Both the position numbers and the translations under genes were made by a program. A model generated the notes under the pieces. It was given only the letters and a program-made list of their open reading frames with translations, had not been told where the DNA came from and ran no database searches. 13,683 nucleotides of DNA from contig JAEOTZ010000064.1 of the NCBI GenBank assembly GCA_016839585.1, positions 1 through 13,683 on the forward strand, in the 5' to 3' direction. Positions 1-8,651 of this stretch are shown here, piece by piece; position 1 is the stretch's first letter; each line of letters starts with the position of its first letter. Origin of the DNA: Promethearchaeota archaeon (GTDB lineage Archaea > Asgardarchaeota > Lokiarchaeia > Sigyniarchaeales > SOKP01).

Positions 1-33
1 GTTGTAACCAAAACTTAGAAAAAATAGAAGTAA

Positions 34-174
34 TTATCTTCTATGCTTTCTATAACACTCTCGACAATAAACAGGTCTGCCTTCCGTAGGCTTAAATGGA
101 ACTTCGCACTCGTTTCCACAGTCGGCACATGTGGCTTTGTGCATCGTTCTATTGCCATAATTTCTATTAGACAT
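34..174 (-). CDS. Small CxxC-x17-CxxC zinc-ribbon protein
   Basis: MHKATCADCGNECEVPFKPTEGRPVYCRECY fits the CxxC-x17-CxxC family pattern. Start moved from 231 to the ATG at 174 (MSNRNY), which follows a GGTGA RBS. Confidence 0.85.
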   Translation of the reverse strand: MSNRNYGNRTMHKATCADCGNECEVPFKPTEGRPVYCRECYRKHRR

Positions 175-542
175 ACTTTCACCAAATTTTAATTTTATAC
201 TTGAAACTTTGAAATATCTCTGTTCAAGCATGTAAGATATATTTTTAAATTTAATAAACCTTGGTATTATGAAAAAAAAACTTCAAAATTCTGTTAGAAA
301 ATATCTTAGGCATAAATTTTTACTTATTTTTGCGAATATTTAAATAAATTAATGAAATTAAAATCTTGATAAATATAAGAGATTTTAACTACCAATAATT
401 TTTAAACTAAAAAGTTTAAATGTTCCTATTTACCATTTTTGTTAATAACCATAAAATGTTTTTTAAAATTAGAAATTCGTATTAAGAAAAGCGTGTCCTA
501 ATACAGAATGGATATTGGAATATTATAAAAAAAGGTGAAATA

Positions 543-758
543 ATGGAAGTAAAATGTAGCGTATGTGAAAATGATAGACCAAAAAGGAAGGTTGTAAAAA
601 AAATGCCATTATTGGAGAACGAATTACCTGAGAAATACAGTGATTACAAGGAATTTATGTGCATGAATATTATTAAGGAACTTCGTAAAGATAAGAAATG
701 GTATGATAATGTATGCAAGAATCGTATGCTAGTATTAAAAAAGAATTTGAAAAAATGA
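543..758 (+). CDS. Small basic hypothetical protein with an N-terminal CxxC
   Basis: AAGGTGA RBS just upstream of the ATG; CSVC motif plus two further Cys; no family recognised. Confidence 0.55.
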   Translation: MEVKCSVCENDRPKRKVVKKMPLLENELPEKYSDYKEFMCMNIIKELRKDKKWYDNVCKNRMLVLKKNLKK

Positions 759-820
759 AAAAATACAATAAGGTGAGTATAAATACTTCCTTCTTGTTCG
801 TTCAAAAAAACAAGAAAAAT

Positions 821-1432
821 TTATACTTTACTTTTTTGTTTCTCCACATTTTTCTTTAAAAGAATAATGGATTCTTCTCTTGCTTTTAATATGGTTCTCT
901 CATCAGTTCCTTCCATTTCCTTAGATGATAGAATATATTCCTTTAAAGCTTTTTTATACAATAAATATTCATCTTTTCTACTGATAAACGGATCTACTTT
1001 CTCTGTGTAAATAAATTCCTCGATAGATGTATTTTTCCCGTTGCAATTACCTTCTGTTAGATCAAAACGATAATCATTATATACTAAAAAACAGTGGGCC
1101 ATGGGTATATAAGGTAAATCATATTTTTTTAGAATTTCATTTGCACCAGTAGAGATTTCTTCTGTAAATTTATAGACACCTACATGTTTATGTAGTGGTA
1201 TATTAAGATCTTCCGCAAGACCAGCTATTACCGCATGTTTGGTTGTGCACGTCCCCATATTTTCCTTAAAAAATATCATTTTATCATCAGCATTGGTATT
1301 ATACCCATACTCATTATGATGTATATAATCGCAGGCTTCCTTGAAGGATTTAATTCCCAACTCTAAAAACTTTTTTGATAATTCTCCAACAGGTTTAATC
1401 TCTAGATCAGGTAATTTATCATATGAATCCAT
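821..1432 (-). CDS. Conserved hypothetical protein, possibly transglutaminase-like (Cys-His-Asp)
   Basis: ~200 aa ORF with GTCTTKHA, PMAHCFL and RFDLT motifs in catalytic-triad order. Start is 1432 (MDSY) or 1453. Confidence 0.6.
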   Translation of the reverse strand: MDSYDKLPDLEIKPVGELSKKFLELGIKSFKEACDYIHHNEYGYNTNADDKMIFFKENMGTCTTKHAVIAGLAEDLNIPLHKHVGVYKFTEEISTGANEILKKYDLPYIPMAHCFLVYNDYRFDLTEGNCNGKNTSIEEFIYTEKVDPFISRKDEYLLYKKALKEYILSSKEMEGTDERTILKAREESIILLKKNVEKQKSKV

Positions 1433-1564
1433 AATAAGTCCAAAAATCTCCATTTTAAAAGTTTTATCCTAATTATTTAAAATAATATTGAAAAAAAAGT
1501 TATTTTTTATTTTCATGTAGAAATCTGGATAAATTTATTTTTATATTTTAACTAAAAGTAAATT

Positions 1565-2398
1565 ATGAATCTTGAAAATTTAATATATGAAGAGAAAGAT
1601 AAAACAGCGTTTATAACGCTTAATCGTCCCGAAGTTAAGAATGCTTTAAGCATGAAACTCTCTGATGAGATAGTTTCAGTAATAGAAATTGTTAGAAAAT
1701 CTAAAAATCTTAAATTTTTAGTTATAAAGGGAGCAGGGAATGATTTCTGTGTTGGTGACGATATTAGTGAAATGACGAGGTGGGGTGATGCAAACGGTAT
1801 TACTCGACGTGCAAGGTATTATCAAAATATGGCTAATCAACTTGAAGAGTTAGATAAAATTACAATTGCTGCTGTAGATGGATATGCGGTCGGTGGTGGT
1901 TTAGAAATAACCATGGCGTGTGATTTTGTTATCGCCACTGAGCGCTCAAAATGGGGGATGCCTGAAGTAGATGTTGGAATAACACCTGGATGGGGGGGTA
2001 CGACAAGATTGGCTCGACTCATTGGTAAAAGGAGGGCGAAAGAGATAAATCTTCTTGGTGCGCTTCATTCCGGTAAAAAAGCCGTCGAATGGAATTTGTG
2101 GAATAGATTAGTTCCTGATGACCAACTTGATAATGAGGTAGAAAAGCTATTGGAAGTACTTAAATCTAAAAACCAGCAAGGCATGCGTCAATTAAAATTT
2201 ATAATTAACCGTGGTGTTGAATGCGATTTGTATACTGCTCAAGGCTTTGAAGTTTTATCAGCTGGCTTGACTGGAGCTGTTAATGGAATGTGGAAAATAA
2301 AAGACGCTGATCAAGGAGAGGGTGTTATCGGTTTTATTCGCAAAGATGGCTTGTGGCAGACTAGAAGACGATTGGCAAAAGATTTTTGGGTTGATTAA
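1565..2398 (+). CDS. Enoyl-CoA hydratase/isomerase (crotonase) family protein
   Basis: ITLNRPEVKNAL, FCVGDDI, IAAVDGYAVGGGLE and GMPEVDVGITPGWGGT motifs; both catalytic Glu positions present. Confidence 0.95.
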   Translation: MNLENLIYEEKDKTAFITLNRPEVKNALSMKLSDEIVSVIEIVRKSKNLKFLVIKGAGNDFCVGDDISEMTRWGDANGITRRARYYQNMANQLEELDKITIAAVDGYAVGGGLEITMACDFVIATERSKWGMPEVDVGITPGWGGTTRLARLIGKRRAKEINLLGALHSGKKAVEWNLWNRLVPDDQLDNEVEKLLEVLKSKNQQGMRQLKFIINRGVECDLYTAQGFEVLSAGLTGAVNGMWKIKDADQGEGVIGFIRKDGLWQTRRRLAKDFWVD

Positions 2399-2437
2399 AC
2401 AAAAGAAAATATACTTATAAATGAAAGTGAATGAATT

Positions 2438-2536
2438 CTAAAATTCCTTAAGGAATTCTTCTTTCATTTTCTCATAGAAATCTAATGATTCTGGATTTCT
2501 TGAGGCACCTCGGTTAGCTACAGCCATTCCATGAAC
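2438..2536 (-). pseudogene. Orphan diverged copy of the acetoacetate-CoA ligase 3' end
   Basis: Minus-strand translation VHGMAVANRGASRNPESLDFYEKMKEEFLKEF* matches the C-terminus IHRMAVANRGALRNPESLDFYEKIREELK* encoded at 3356-3445. Similarity stops upstream of about 2536. Confidence 0.9.
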
Positions 2537-2636
2537 ATGCATTAACATGCTATTAGACTCTATATTTTTGAGCATTTTACAAATCTTATTTTTTCCTTGT
2601 TTAAGTTTATTATAGTATTCAGTAGAAAAATATTAA

Positions 2637-2662
2637 TATGTGTATTCACATAAATTCACATA
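2637..2662. promoter_or_regulatory. Putative antitoxin operator
   Basis: TATGTG-tatt-CACATA inverted repeat (2637-2652) plus a third CACATA half-site (2657-2662), 20 bp upstream of the antitoxin ATG. Confidence 0.55.
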
Positions 2663-2682
2663 GAATAAAAAAGTTTTAAAAA

Positions 2683-2907
2683 ATGGCAAACATAACCCTT
2701 TCAATCCCAGAAGATTTAAAAAAAGAAATGGAAGAATTCCCTGAAATTAATTGGTCAGAAGTTGCTCGAACATCTATTAAACAAAAAATAGCCCATCTTA
2801 AATTTTTAAAAGGATTTCGGATGGATAGTGAAATTACTCCTGAAGATGCCCTAGATCTAGGAAAAGAAGTAAGTAAATTGTTAGCTGACCGTTATATGAG
2901 GGAATAA
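2683..2907 (+). CDS. vapB: Ribbon-helix-helix/CopG-like antitoxin (VapB-type)
   Basis: MANITLSIPEDLKKEMEEFPEINWSEVAR is a typical archaeal RHH antitoxin N-terminus; ends 2 bp before a PIN-domain gene. Confidence 0.8.
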   Translation: MANITLSIPEDLKKEMEEFPEINWSEVARTSIKQKIAHLKFLKGFRMDSEITPEDALDLGKEVSKLLADRYMRE

Positions 2908-2909
2908 TA

Positions 2910-3353
2910 TTGAAATTAGTAATTGATGCTAATATTATATTTGCAGCCTTAATAAAGGAAGGCCTAACTGCTGAGTTAATTATCAATGATGAGCTTCAAT
3001 TATTTGCCCCCGAATTTTTATTAGAAGAAATCTCCAAATATCAAGACCAAATTTTTGAAAAAACACACAGATCAAAAGAAGAATTTGAGATTTTTGTACA
3101 AATACTAAATGAATATATTACTTTTATCCCTCAGAAAAATATTAAACCCTTCCTTGAAAAAGCAAATTTATTTTCACCTGATCCTAAAGATTCTGTTTAT
3201 TTAGCACTAGCATTAGCACTTAAATCGGCAGTTTGGTCAAATGATAAAAAGTTAAAAGAAGAACAAGTTCAAGTAAAAGTGCTATCCACAGAAGATCTAA
3301 TAAATAAAACTAAAATACTTAAAAAGAATAAGAAAAAAATAAAAAGAAATTGA
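2910..3353 (+). CDS. vapC: PIN-domain toxin (VapC-type RNase)
   Basis: LVIDANII, EEI, DPKDSVYLALA and WSNDKKL acidic PIN motifs; TTG start. Confidence 0.9.
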   Translation: MKLVIDANIIFAALIKEGLTAELIINDELQLFAPEFLLEEISKYQDQIFEKTHRSKEEFEIFVQILNEYITFIPQKNIKPFLEKANLFSPDPKDSVYLALALALKSAVWSNDKKLKEEQVQVKVLSTEDLINKTKILKKNKKKIKRN

Positions 3354-3355
3354 AT

Positions 3356-5374
3356 CTATTTTAATTCTTCTCTTATTTTTTCGTAGAAATCAAGCGACTC
3401 AGGATTTCTCAGTGCACCTCTATTAGCTACAGCCATTCTGTGAATAATCTTAGTAACTGCTATTTCAACCTTTTTGTTGCTGAAAGTATAGGGTATGCCA
3501 TCTGAAGGTGTTTGTAATATTAGTTTAGGAACATGTCTAGGTGAAGTTTTCTCTCTTAATGTTTTTTTAATTTTTTCTTTTAATTCATTAGTTAATTTAT
3601 ATCCCTCATTCAATAAAACAAACATTATTATTCTAATATCTCCCTGCCATTTCTGCCCAATAACTAGTGAATCAGCTATCTCGGGAAGTTGTTCAATTAC
3701 ATTATAGATTTCAGCTGTTCCTATTCGTACACCACTTGGTTTAAGAACAGCATCAGATCTACCCCAGAATGTAACTCCTCCAGTATCGCTGTGAATAACG
3801 ATATAATCACCATGCCTCCATACATTTTTGCCAATTTCCTTAAAATGATCAAAGTAAGCAGCTTTATATTTAGTCATATTGTCATCATCACCCCAGAAAT
3901 ATACAGGCATAGATGGTGATGGGGCTTCGCAGACCAGCTCAGCTTGTTCATCTTTTACTGGTTCTGCAATATCATTATAGGATTCAACTTTCATTGCGAG
4001 TGCTCTACCTTGTAATTCACCAGAATAAACAGGTAAGATAGGAATTGCACCTGCAAAACATCCATTGATATCAGTACCGCCACTTATTGAGTTAAAGTAT
4101 AAATCTTTTTTAATTTCACGATAAACATATTCAAATCCTTCAGGAGATAAAGTAGATGCAGTTTGTGAGATTTCTCTAAGTGAACTTAAATCGTATTTCT
4201 TGGCAGGCTTAAGATCAAGACCCATGAGATAATGAATATAAGCAGCGCTAGTTCCAAATATGGAAATTTTATGTTTTTCTATCAATTCAAAAAATCTAAG
4301 AGGATCAGGATAAAGGGGATTGCCATCATATAAAAAGATGGTTGCACCTACTGCTAATGCACTAATCAACCAATTCCACATTTTGGCTGGTATAAGGATA
4401 TCTTATACCATCATCCATGAGGGAGCAGTGATATAGTTCAGTACATCGCTCCTTTTAACATCAGTAGAAAGGATAAGCTCCTTTAGATGGTTTATAAGAA
4501 CTCCTCCAGCGCTCTGTACCATGCTTTTTGGCTTTCCTGTCGTTCCCGAGGAGAACATTACATATATAGGATGGTCGAATGGTAATTGCTCAAATTCAAG
4601 TGGAGGATTCTCATCCTTCGAGATAAAGTCCTCCCAATTGACGGCTTTAGGGATTCCTGATACATCACATTTTCCGTCTGAAATATAAGATACCACCACT
4701 ACTTTTTCTATGGAAGGGAGGGCATCAACGACCTCTTTTGCATTATCTCGAATATCAAATATTTTATCTCGATAAAAATATCCATCTACAGTAAAGAGCA
4801 CTTTTGGCTCAATTTGACCAAATCTATCAATTACTGCACTTGGTTGGAGCTCTGCTCCGCAAGATGCCCAAATTGCACCAATAGTCGCTCCCGCAAGCAT
4901 TGCTACGGGCGTCTCAATTAAGTTAGGAATATATGAAACAACTCTATCTCCAACTTTAACCCCTGCTTCCTTAAGAGATTTAGCTAAACGAGCTACGGTT
5001 TTATTTAATTCTGCATAAGTCATTGTTTTGGATACTTTAGTCTCACCTTGAAAGTCGAAAGCTAATTGATCGTCTTTATACTTCAGAAGGTTCTCCGCAA
5101 AATTGAGAAGACTTCCTTCAAACCATTTTGCCCCAGGAAAATGATTGAGATCATCAATAACTCTATAATATTTCTTGGAACAAATTATACCAGAAAACTC
5201 CCACATAGCTTCCCAAAAATCTGGGATCTCTTCAACTGACCATTTATATAACTCTTTCCCACCTTGAATATTTATTCCGTATTTATCATTAACAAAGTTA
5301 ATAAACCGTGTAATCTCTGTATTTTTTATCCATTCTTCTAAGGGTTCCCAGAGTTTTTTTCTATCATCGCTCAT
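3356..5374 (-). CDS. Acetoacetate-CoA ligase (acetoacetyl-CoA synthetase), two exons: complement(join(3356..4381,4412..5374)), 662 aa
   Basis: LNFAENLL, FSSGTTGKPK, SISGGTD, WRHGD and GRSDAVLKPSGVRIGTAEIY motifs. The two track ORFs are in the same frame, and removing 30 nt rebuilds the family motif SWMMWNW. Confidence 0.92.
4382..4411 (-). other. 30-nt BHB micro-intron in the acetoacetate-CoA ligase mRNA
   Basis: Sense strand: CCUCA UGGA UG^A UGGUAUAAG AUAUC CUUAUACCA GCCA AA^A UGUGG. Perfect 9-bp stem, 3 of 4 central-helix pairs, two 3-nt bulges; contains an in-frame UAA. Confidence 0.85.
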
Positions 5375-5637
5375 GATTTTAATAACACATCTATCATTTT
5401 TATTTGGATTAAATTGATTTGTTATTTTTTTTTTTTAATAATTCTATATAGAATCTGTCTTTTTTTAATTTTTTTTAAATTAAAACTGAATTAATCTAAA
5501 ATCCTTAGTTTTATTTCAAATTTAGAATAAAATCCAAAGATATATAATTAGGGTAAAATCTGCTAGATTTATAAGGTTGTGAAATTAATCTTTTTCTAGC
5601 AATCTTACTTATGAAAAAAAATTTACTAAAGCTTCTA

Positions 5638-7431
5638 TTATTTAAAATGCATTTTTTTTCTCTCTAAGCTATCTCTATAATTTTCAAGCATTTCTCGCAT
5701 TAAATCCATCCCTAGATAAATATTGTAACCAACACCACCCCATTCACTATCAGTACGCCAGATTTTGTATGTTATTTTAAAATACCTTCTAACTTGGTTT
5801 ATAAAATTAATGCTTCCTGATGTTATTACAGTTGAGCCCACTTTTCCATCACCATCATAGTACCCTAAAATAAAAGCTAAATATAATTCTCTTGAAGCTA
5901 ATTTTGGCAATTCTATAGATTTAGATTTTTTCTTTCCAACAATGAAACCATGTTTAATTAAATTTTTAGCAAACTCATCACTAACAAACCGAATTCTCAC
6001 ATAATCAGTTATTTCTCCATCTCTTCTAATTTCAGTTTCCTTATGCTCAAGATTAAAACCTATAGCTCTGGCAAATTTATCTAATAAATCTTTCTCATCA
6101 TCTTTATGCAATTCAACTCCAAATCTTAAATATTTGTCATGCTTGGAAAGCCAACCTTCTGCGAATAACCATCCTAACCAATAAGCTTTTTCTTTAGTAT
6201 CAATATATTCAAAATAGTCAATTTTTAAGTTTGGATGCCAGCTGTAGATACCATGAAGTGACTTTTTTAGATTATTAGAATTTTTATATTTATTCAATAG
6301 ATTAATGATTTCTCTTGGAACTCTAGCTAAATTTTTTTTGATATTAGATTCATATTCTTCAATTGTTTCTATTGAAATTAAATAATTTGAATTTTTCTTT
6401 ATTTGGTTCCTCTTTTTTCTAATATGAGAATTTGACTGTCCCAAAATGAGACTTAGTTGCTCATCTGTTAATTGACCTCGCCATAAATTAGTTTCTGAAA
6501 CATTTTTAGCAAGAACACCTTTTAAATCATTTAAAAAGCTTAATGTACTATATTCATTTGTGATTACCGTTAAAAACTCATTAGTTTTTAAAGCTTCTAT
6601 ATCAGATCTAGTAAATTTTTTGGTAAGGTTTTCCTTCCAGAATTCAAGATAAGCGGAGAACCTGTCAAAAGCGGATATCCTTTTATTAGATGAAAGTCCA
6701 AGTAAGCATTTACCTGTGTCTAAATTTAAAATCCTATCATAAAAATCTTTCACTTGGGATAATGGGATATTTTGTTTCTCTCCTATTTTTAATAATTCCA
6801 TTTCTACATTTGAAGAAAATTCGAGCCATTTAATTAACATATTCCTCAGTTCTGGAGAGAGATTTAAAATTTTTTGTTTATTAACAAACACCTCAGAATG
6901 CGCCCGGAGGTGCTTAAGTAGCCTTGTATATTGTAAAGTAATTTCATCAATACCTCTCTTTATCGCATTAAATACTTCTTCTTTTTTTCTCTCAATTTTT
7001 ATACTTAAATCATCCTTGAGAATCTTCAGCTGTTTCTTTGTAATTTGTTTTAAATACGATTTTGAAAGAGAATCCATGTAAGATGAAATGATAGAAGCAC
7101 CCCTTCCAATTGTAATACAATAGATCCAACTGTTAATAAACGTATTTAATTCTTGGGGGTATTTCTCCTTAATTTGGCTCAATAACACCTTAGGAGGGAG
7201 CCCCGCTTTATCAAATAAACATGCTAATGCACCATCAACAATTTCCCCTATTCGTTCATCAATATACACTAAGGGAAGGTGGTGTTGTTTGCATTTAGGG
7301 TATTTTCCAAACCCAAAAAATCCAAGTTTTAAAGGTTTTACTCTTTTCATCATATCACAACCTAATTGAGGACAAATAGCAATCATATCCTCATTTGTGG
7401 TTTTCCGAGATACTTTAGTATATTCTACCAT
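5638..7431 (-). CDS. Protein with an N-terminal Cys/His Zn-binding motif and a C-terminal two-motif LAGLIDADG homing-endonuclease-like domain
   Basis: AYWLGWLFAEG and AFILGYYDGDG motifs about 100 aa apart, followed by ITSGSINFINQV; N-terminal CPQLGC...CKQH. Confidence 0.8.
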   Translation of the reverse strand: MVEYTKVSRKTTNEDMIAICPQLGCDMMKRVKPLKLGFFGFGKYPKCKQHHLPLVYIDERIGEIVDGALACLFDKAGLPPKVLLSQIKEKYPQELNTFINSWIYCITIGRGASIISSYMDSLSKSYLKQITKKQLKILKDDLSIKIERKKEEVFNAIKRGIDEITLQYTRLLKHLRAHSEVFVNKQKILNLSPELRNMLIKWLEFSSNVEMELLKIGEKQNIPLSQVKDFYDRILNLDTGKCLLGLSSNKRISAFDRFSAYLEFWKENLTKKFTRSDIEALKTNEFLTVITNEYSTLSFLNDLKGVLAKNVSETNLWRGQLTDEQLSLILGQSNSHIRKKRNQIKKNSNYLISIETIEEYESNIKKNLARVPREIINLLNKYKNSNNLKKSLHGIYSWHPNLKIDYFEYIDTKEKAYWLGWLFAEGWLSKHDKYLRFGVELHKDDEKDLLDKFARAIGFNLEHKETEIRRDGEITDYVRIRFVSDEFAKNLIKHGFIVGKKKSKSIELPKLASRELYLAFILGYYDGDGKVGSTVITSGSINFINQVRRYFKITYKIWRTDSEWGGVGYNIYLGMDLMREMLENYRDSLERKKMHFK

Positions 7432-8078
7432 TCTTTTAATCCTTCCTCTAAGAATTTATCTTTTCTGATTTTGCATTTCCCGACATTTTCTTCTGAAATT
7501 AATAAGGTAAGTTCATCATCCAATTGAAGATAATTTACTCTCAGCTCCGTATAAAACTCTGAAGCCCAGTTATTAATACTTTTAAATACAATACACATTT
7601 CTTGAGTAATTCTTACAATGAATTTAAGCAGTTTATGGTGTAAGTGTATTTCTTGCTCTGATAATGCATGAATGGTTATAAAGAGTTTTTGTGATACATC
7701 TTTTAAAACTGCGAGGAGACTTTTATTAATTTTATCTTCCATGTGGATAACTCTCTCTAGCAATTTTTTAACTTCAGCTTCATATGAAACGCCACTTCCT
7801 CTAATTTTAAGGAGTAATTTTATAAATTTAGAAGCTAAAGTTTTAAACCTCTTTTTAGTCTCTTTATATTTTTTATCTTCTCCATCAAGACAGGTAATAT
7901 TTTTAGGGCGAAACCTATATTGTATCGTAGCAGTTTTATAATTCAGAAAAGTCCGTAGTTGTCGTGAAAGTTCCTTTACTTTACTTACGCCATATATTTC
8001 ATATAAGCTATATGGTATATCATCTGATTCATATTCCATATAAGGATTCTCTAAATCAAAGTTCATTTTTCTTTCCAA
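7425..8078 (-). CDS. Hypothetical, probably helical protein
   Basis: 217 aa ORF overlapping the LAGLIDADG gene start by 7 nt. Start uncertain (TTG 8078 or ATG 8066); no family recognised. Confidence 0.6.
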   Translation of the reverse strand: MERKMNFDLENPYMEYESDDIPYSLYEIYGVSKVKELSRQLRTFLNYKTATIQYRFRPKNITCLDGEDKKYKETKKRFKTLASKFIKLLLKIRGSGVSYEAEVKKLLERVIHMEDKINKSLLAVLKDVSQKLFITIHALSEQEIHLHHKLLKFIVRITQEMCIVFKSINNWASEFYTELRVNYLQLDDELTLLISEENVGKCKIRKDKFLEEGLKEW

Positions 8079-8360
8079 TATACTTTTTTTTTATTTCTTC
8101 ATAAATTCTTTATATTTAAATAAAAAAACTCATTGCAAATTTTTTAATAATTTAAAAACCATTTTAAAAAGATATCAATTCTAACTTTATGAATTTCAGG
8201 AAAAAAATTTTTAAAATTAAAGTAAAAAATTTTCTCTTTAAGAAAAGGCTACTTCATCATATTTTCTAGAAGAAATACTGATTCTTAGGATTGAATTTTA
8301 AAATTTAAATATATTCTAATAGTATAAGAAGATAAATACAATTCATTAAGAGTATAGATT

Positions 8361-8651
8361 ATGTATCAAGAAATAGTTCCTCTATTAAAATGTCCTAATT
8401 GCAATAAACCATTACATCTTGTAGATTCAGTATTAGAAGCCGGTGAAATAGTACAGGGAAATTTAAAATGTAGTTGAGAAGAGACTTGGGAGATAAGAGA
8501 AGGGATTTTAGATTTCAGCGTAGAAAAACAGGAAAGTGTGAACAGGTGGTGTGAATTAACTAAAGAGATCACATTTGAAGAATTAGATGAGATGATTTTG
8601 AGTAAAAGTGTATTTACGTCTAAACTCAACATATTCACAAATTTTTGCTAA
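8361..8651 (+). pseudogene. Truncated Trm112-like Zn-ribbon N-terminus (as seen in methyltransferase fusions) with an in-frame TGA
   Basis: MYQEIVPLLKCPNCNKPLHL...GEIVQGNLKCS*EETWEIREGILDF. TGA at 8475-8477; the frame then runs into the 3' end of the convergent ACD gene. Confidence 0.65.

Noticed and set aside
2442-2457. 16-bp perfect palindrome AATTCCTTAAGGAATT
   Set aside because: Single AT-rich instance inside the relic coding fragment; no supportable function.
4379-4408. Spliceosomal GT-AG intron (GTATAA-like donor in a shifted register)
   Set aside because: That register ends in TG, not AG, and the other two inserts lack GT...AG ends.
6667-6684. AAAAGG-ATATC-CGCTTTT mini-hairpin on the sense strand of the LAGLIDADG gene
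   Set aside because: Short bulged stem, no BHB flanks found, and the frame is open. A manual scan of other ATATC sites found no further intron candidates.
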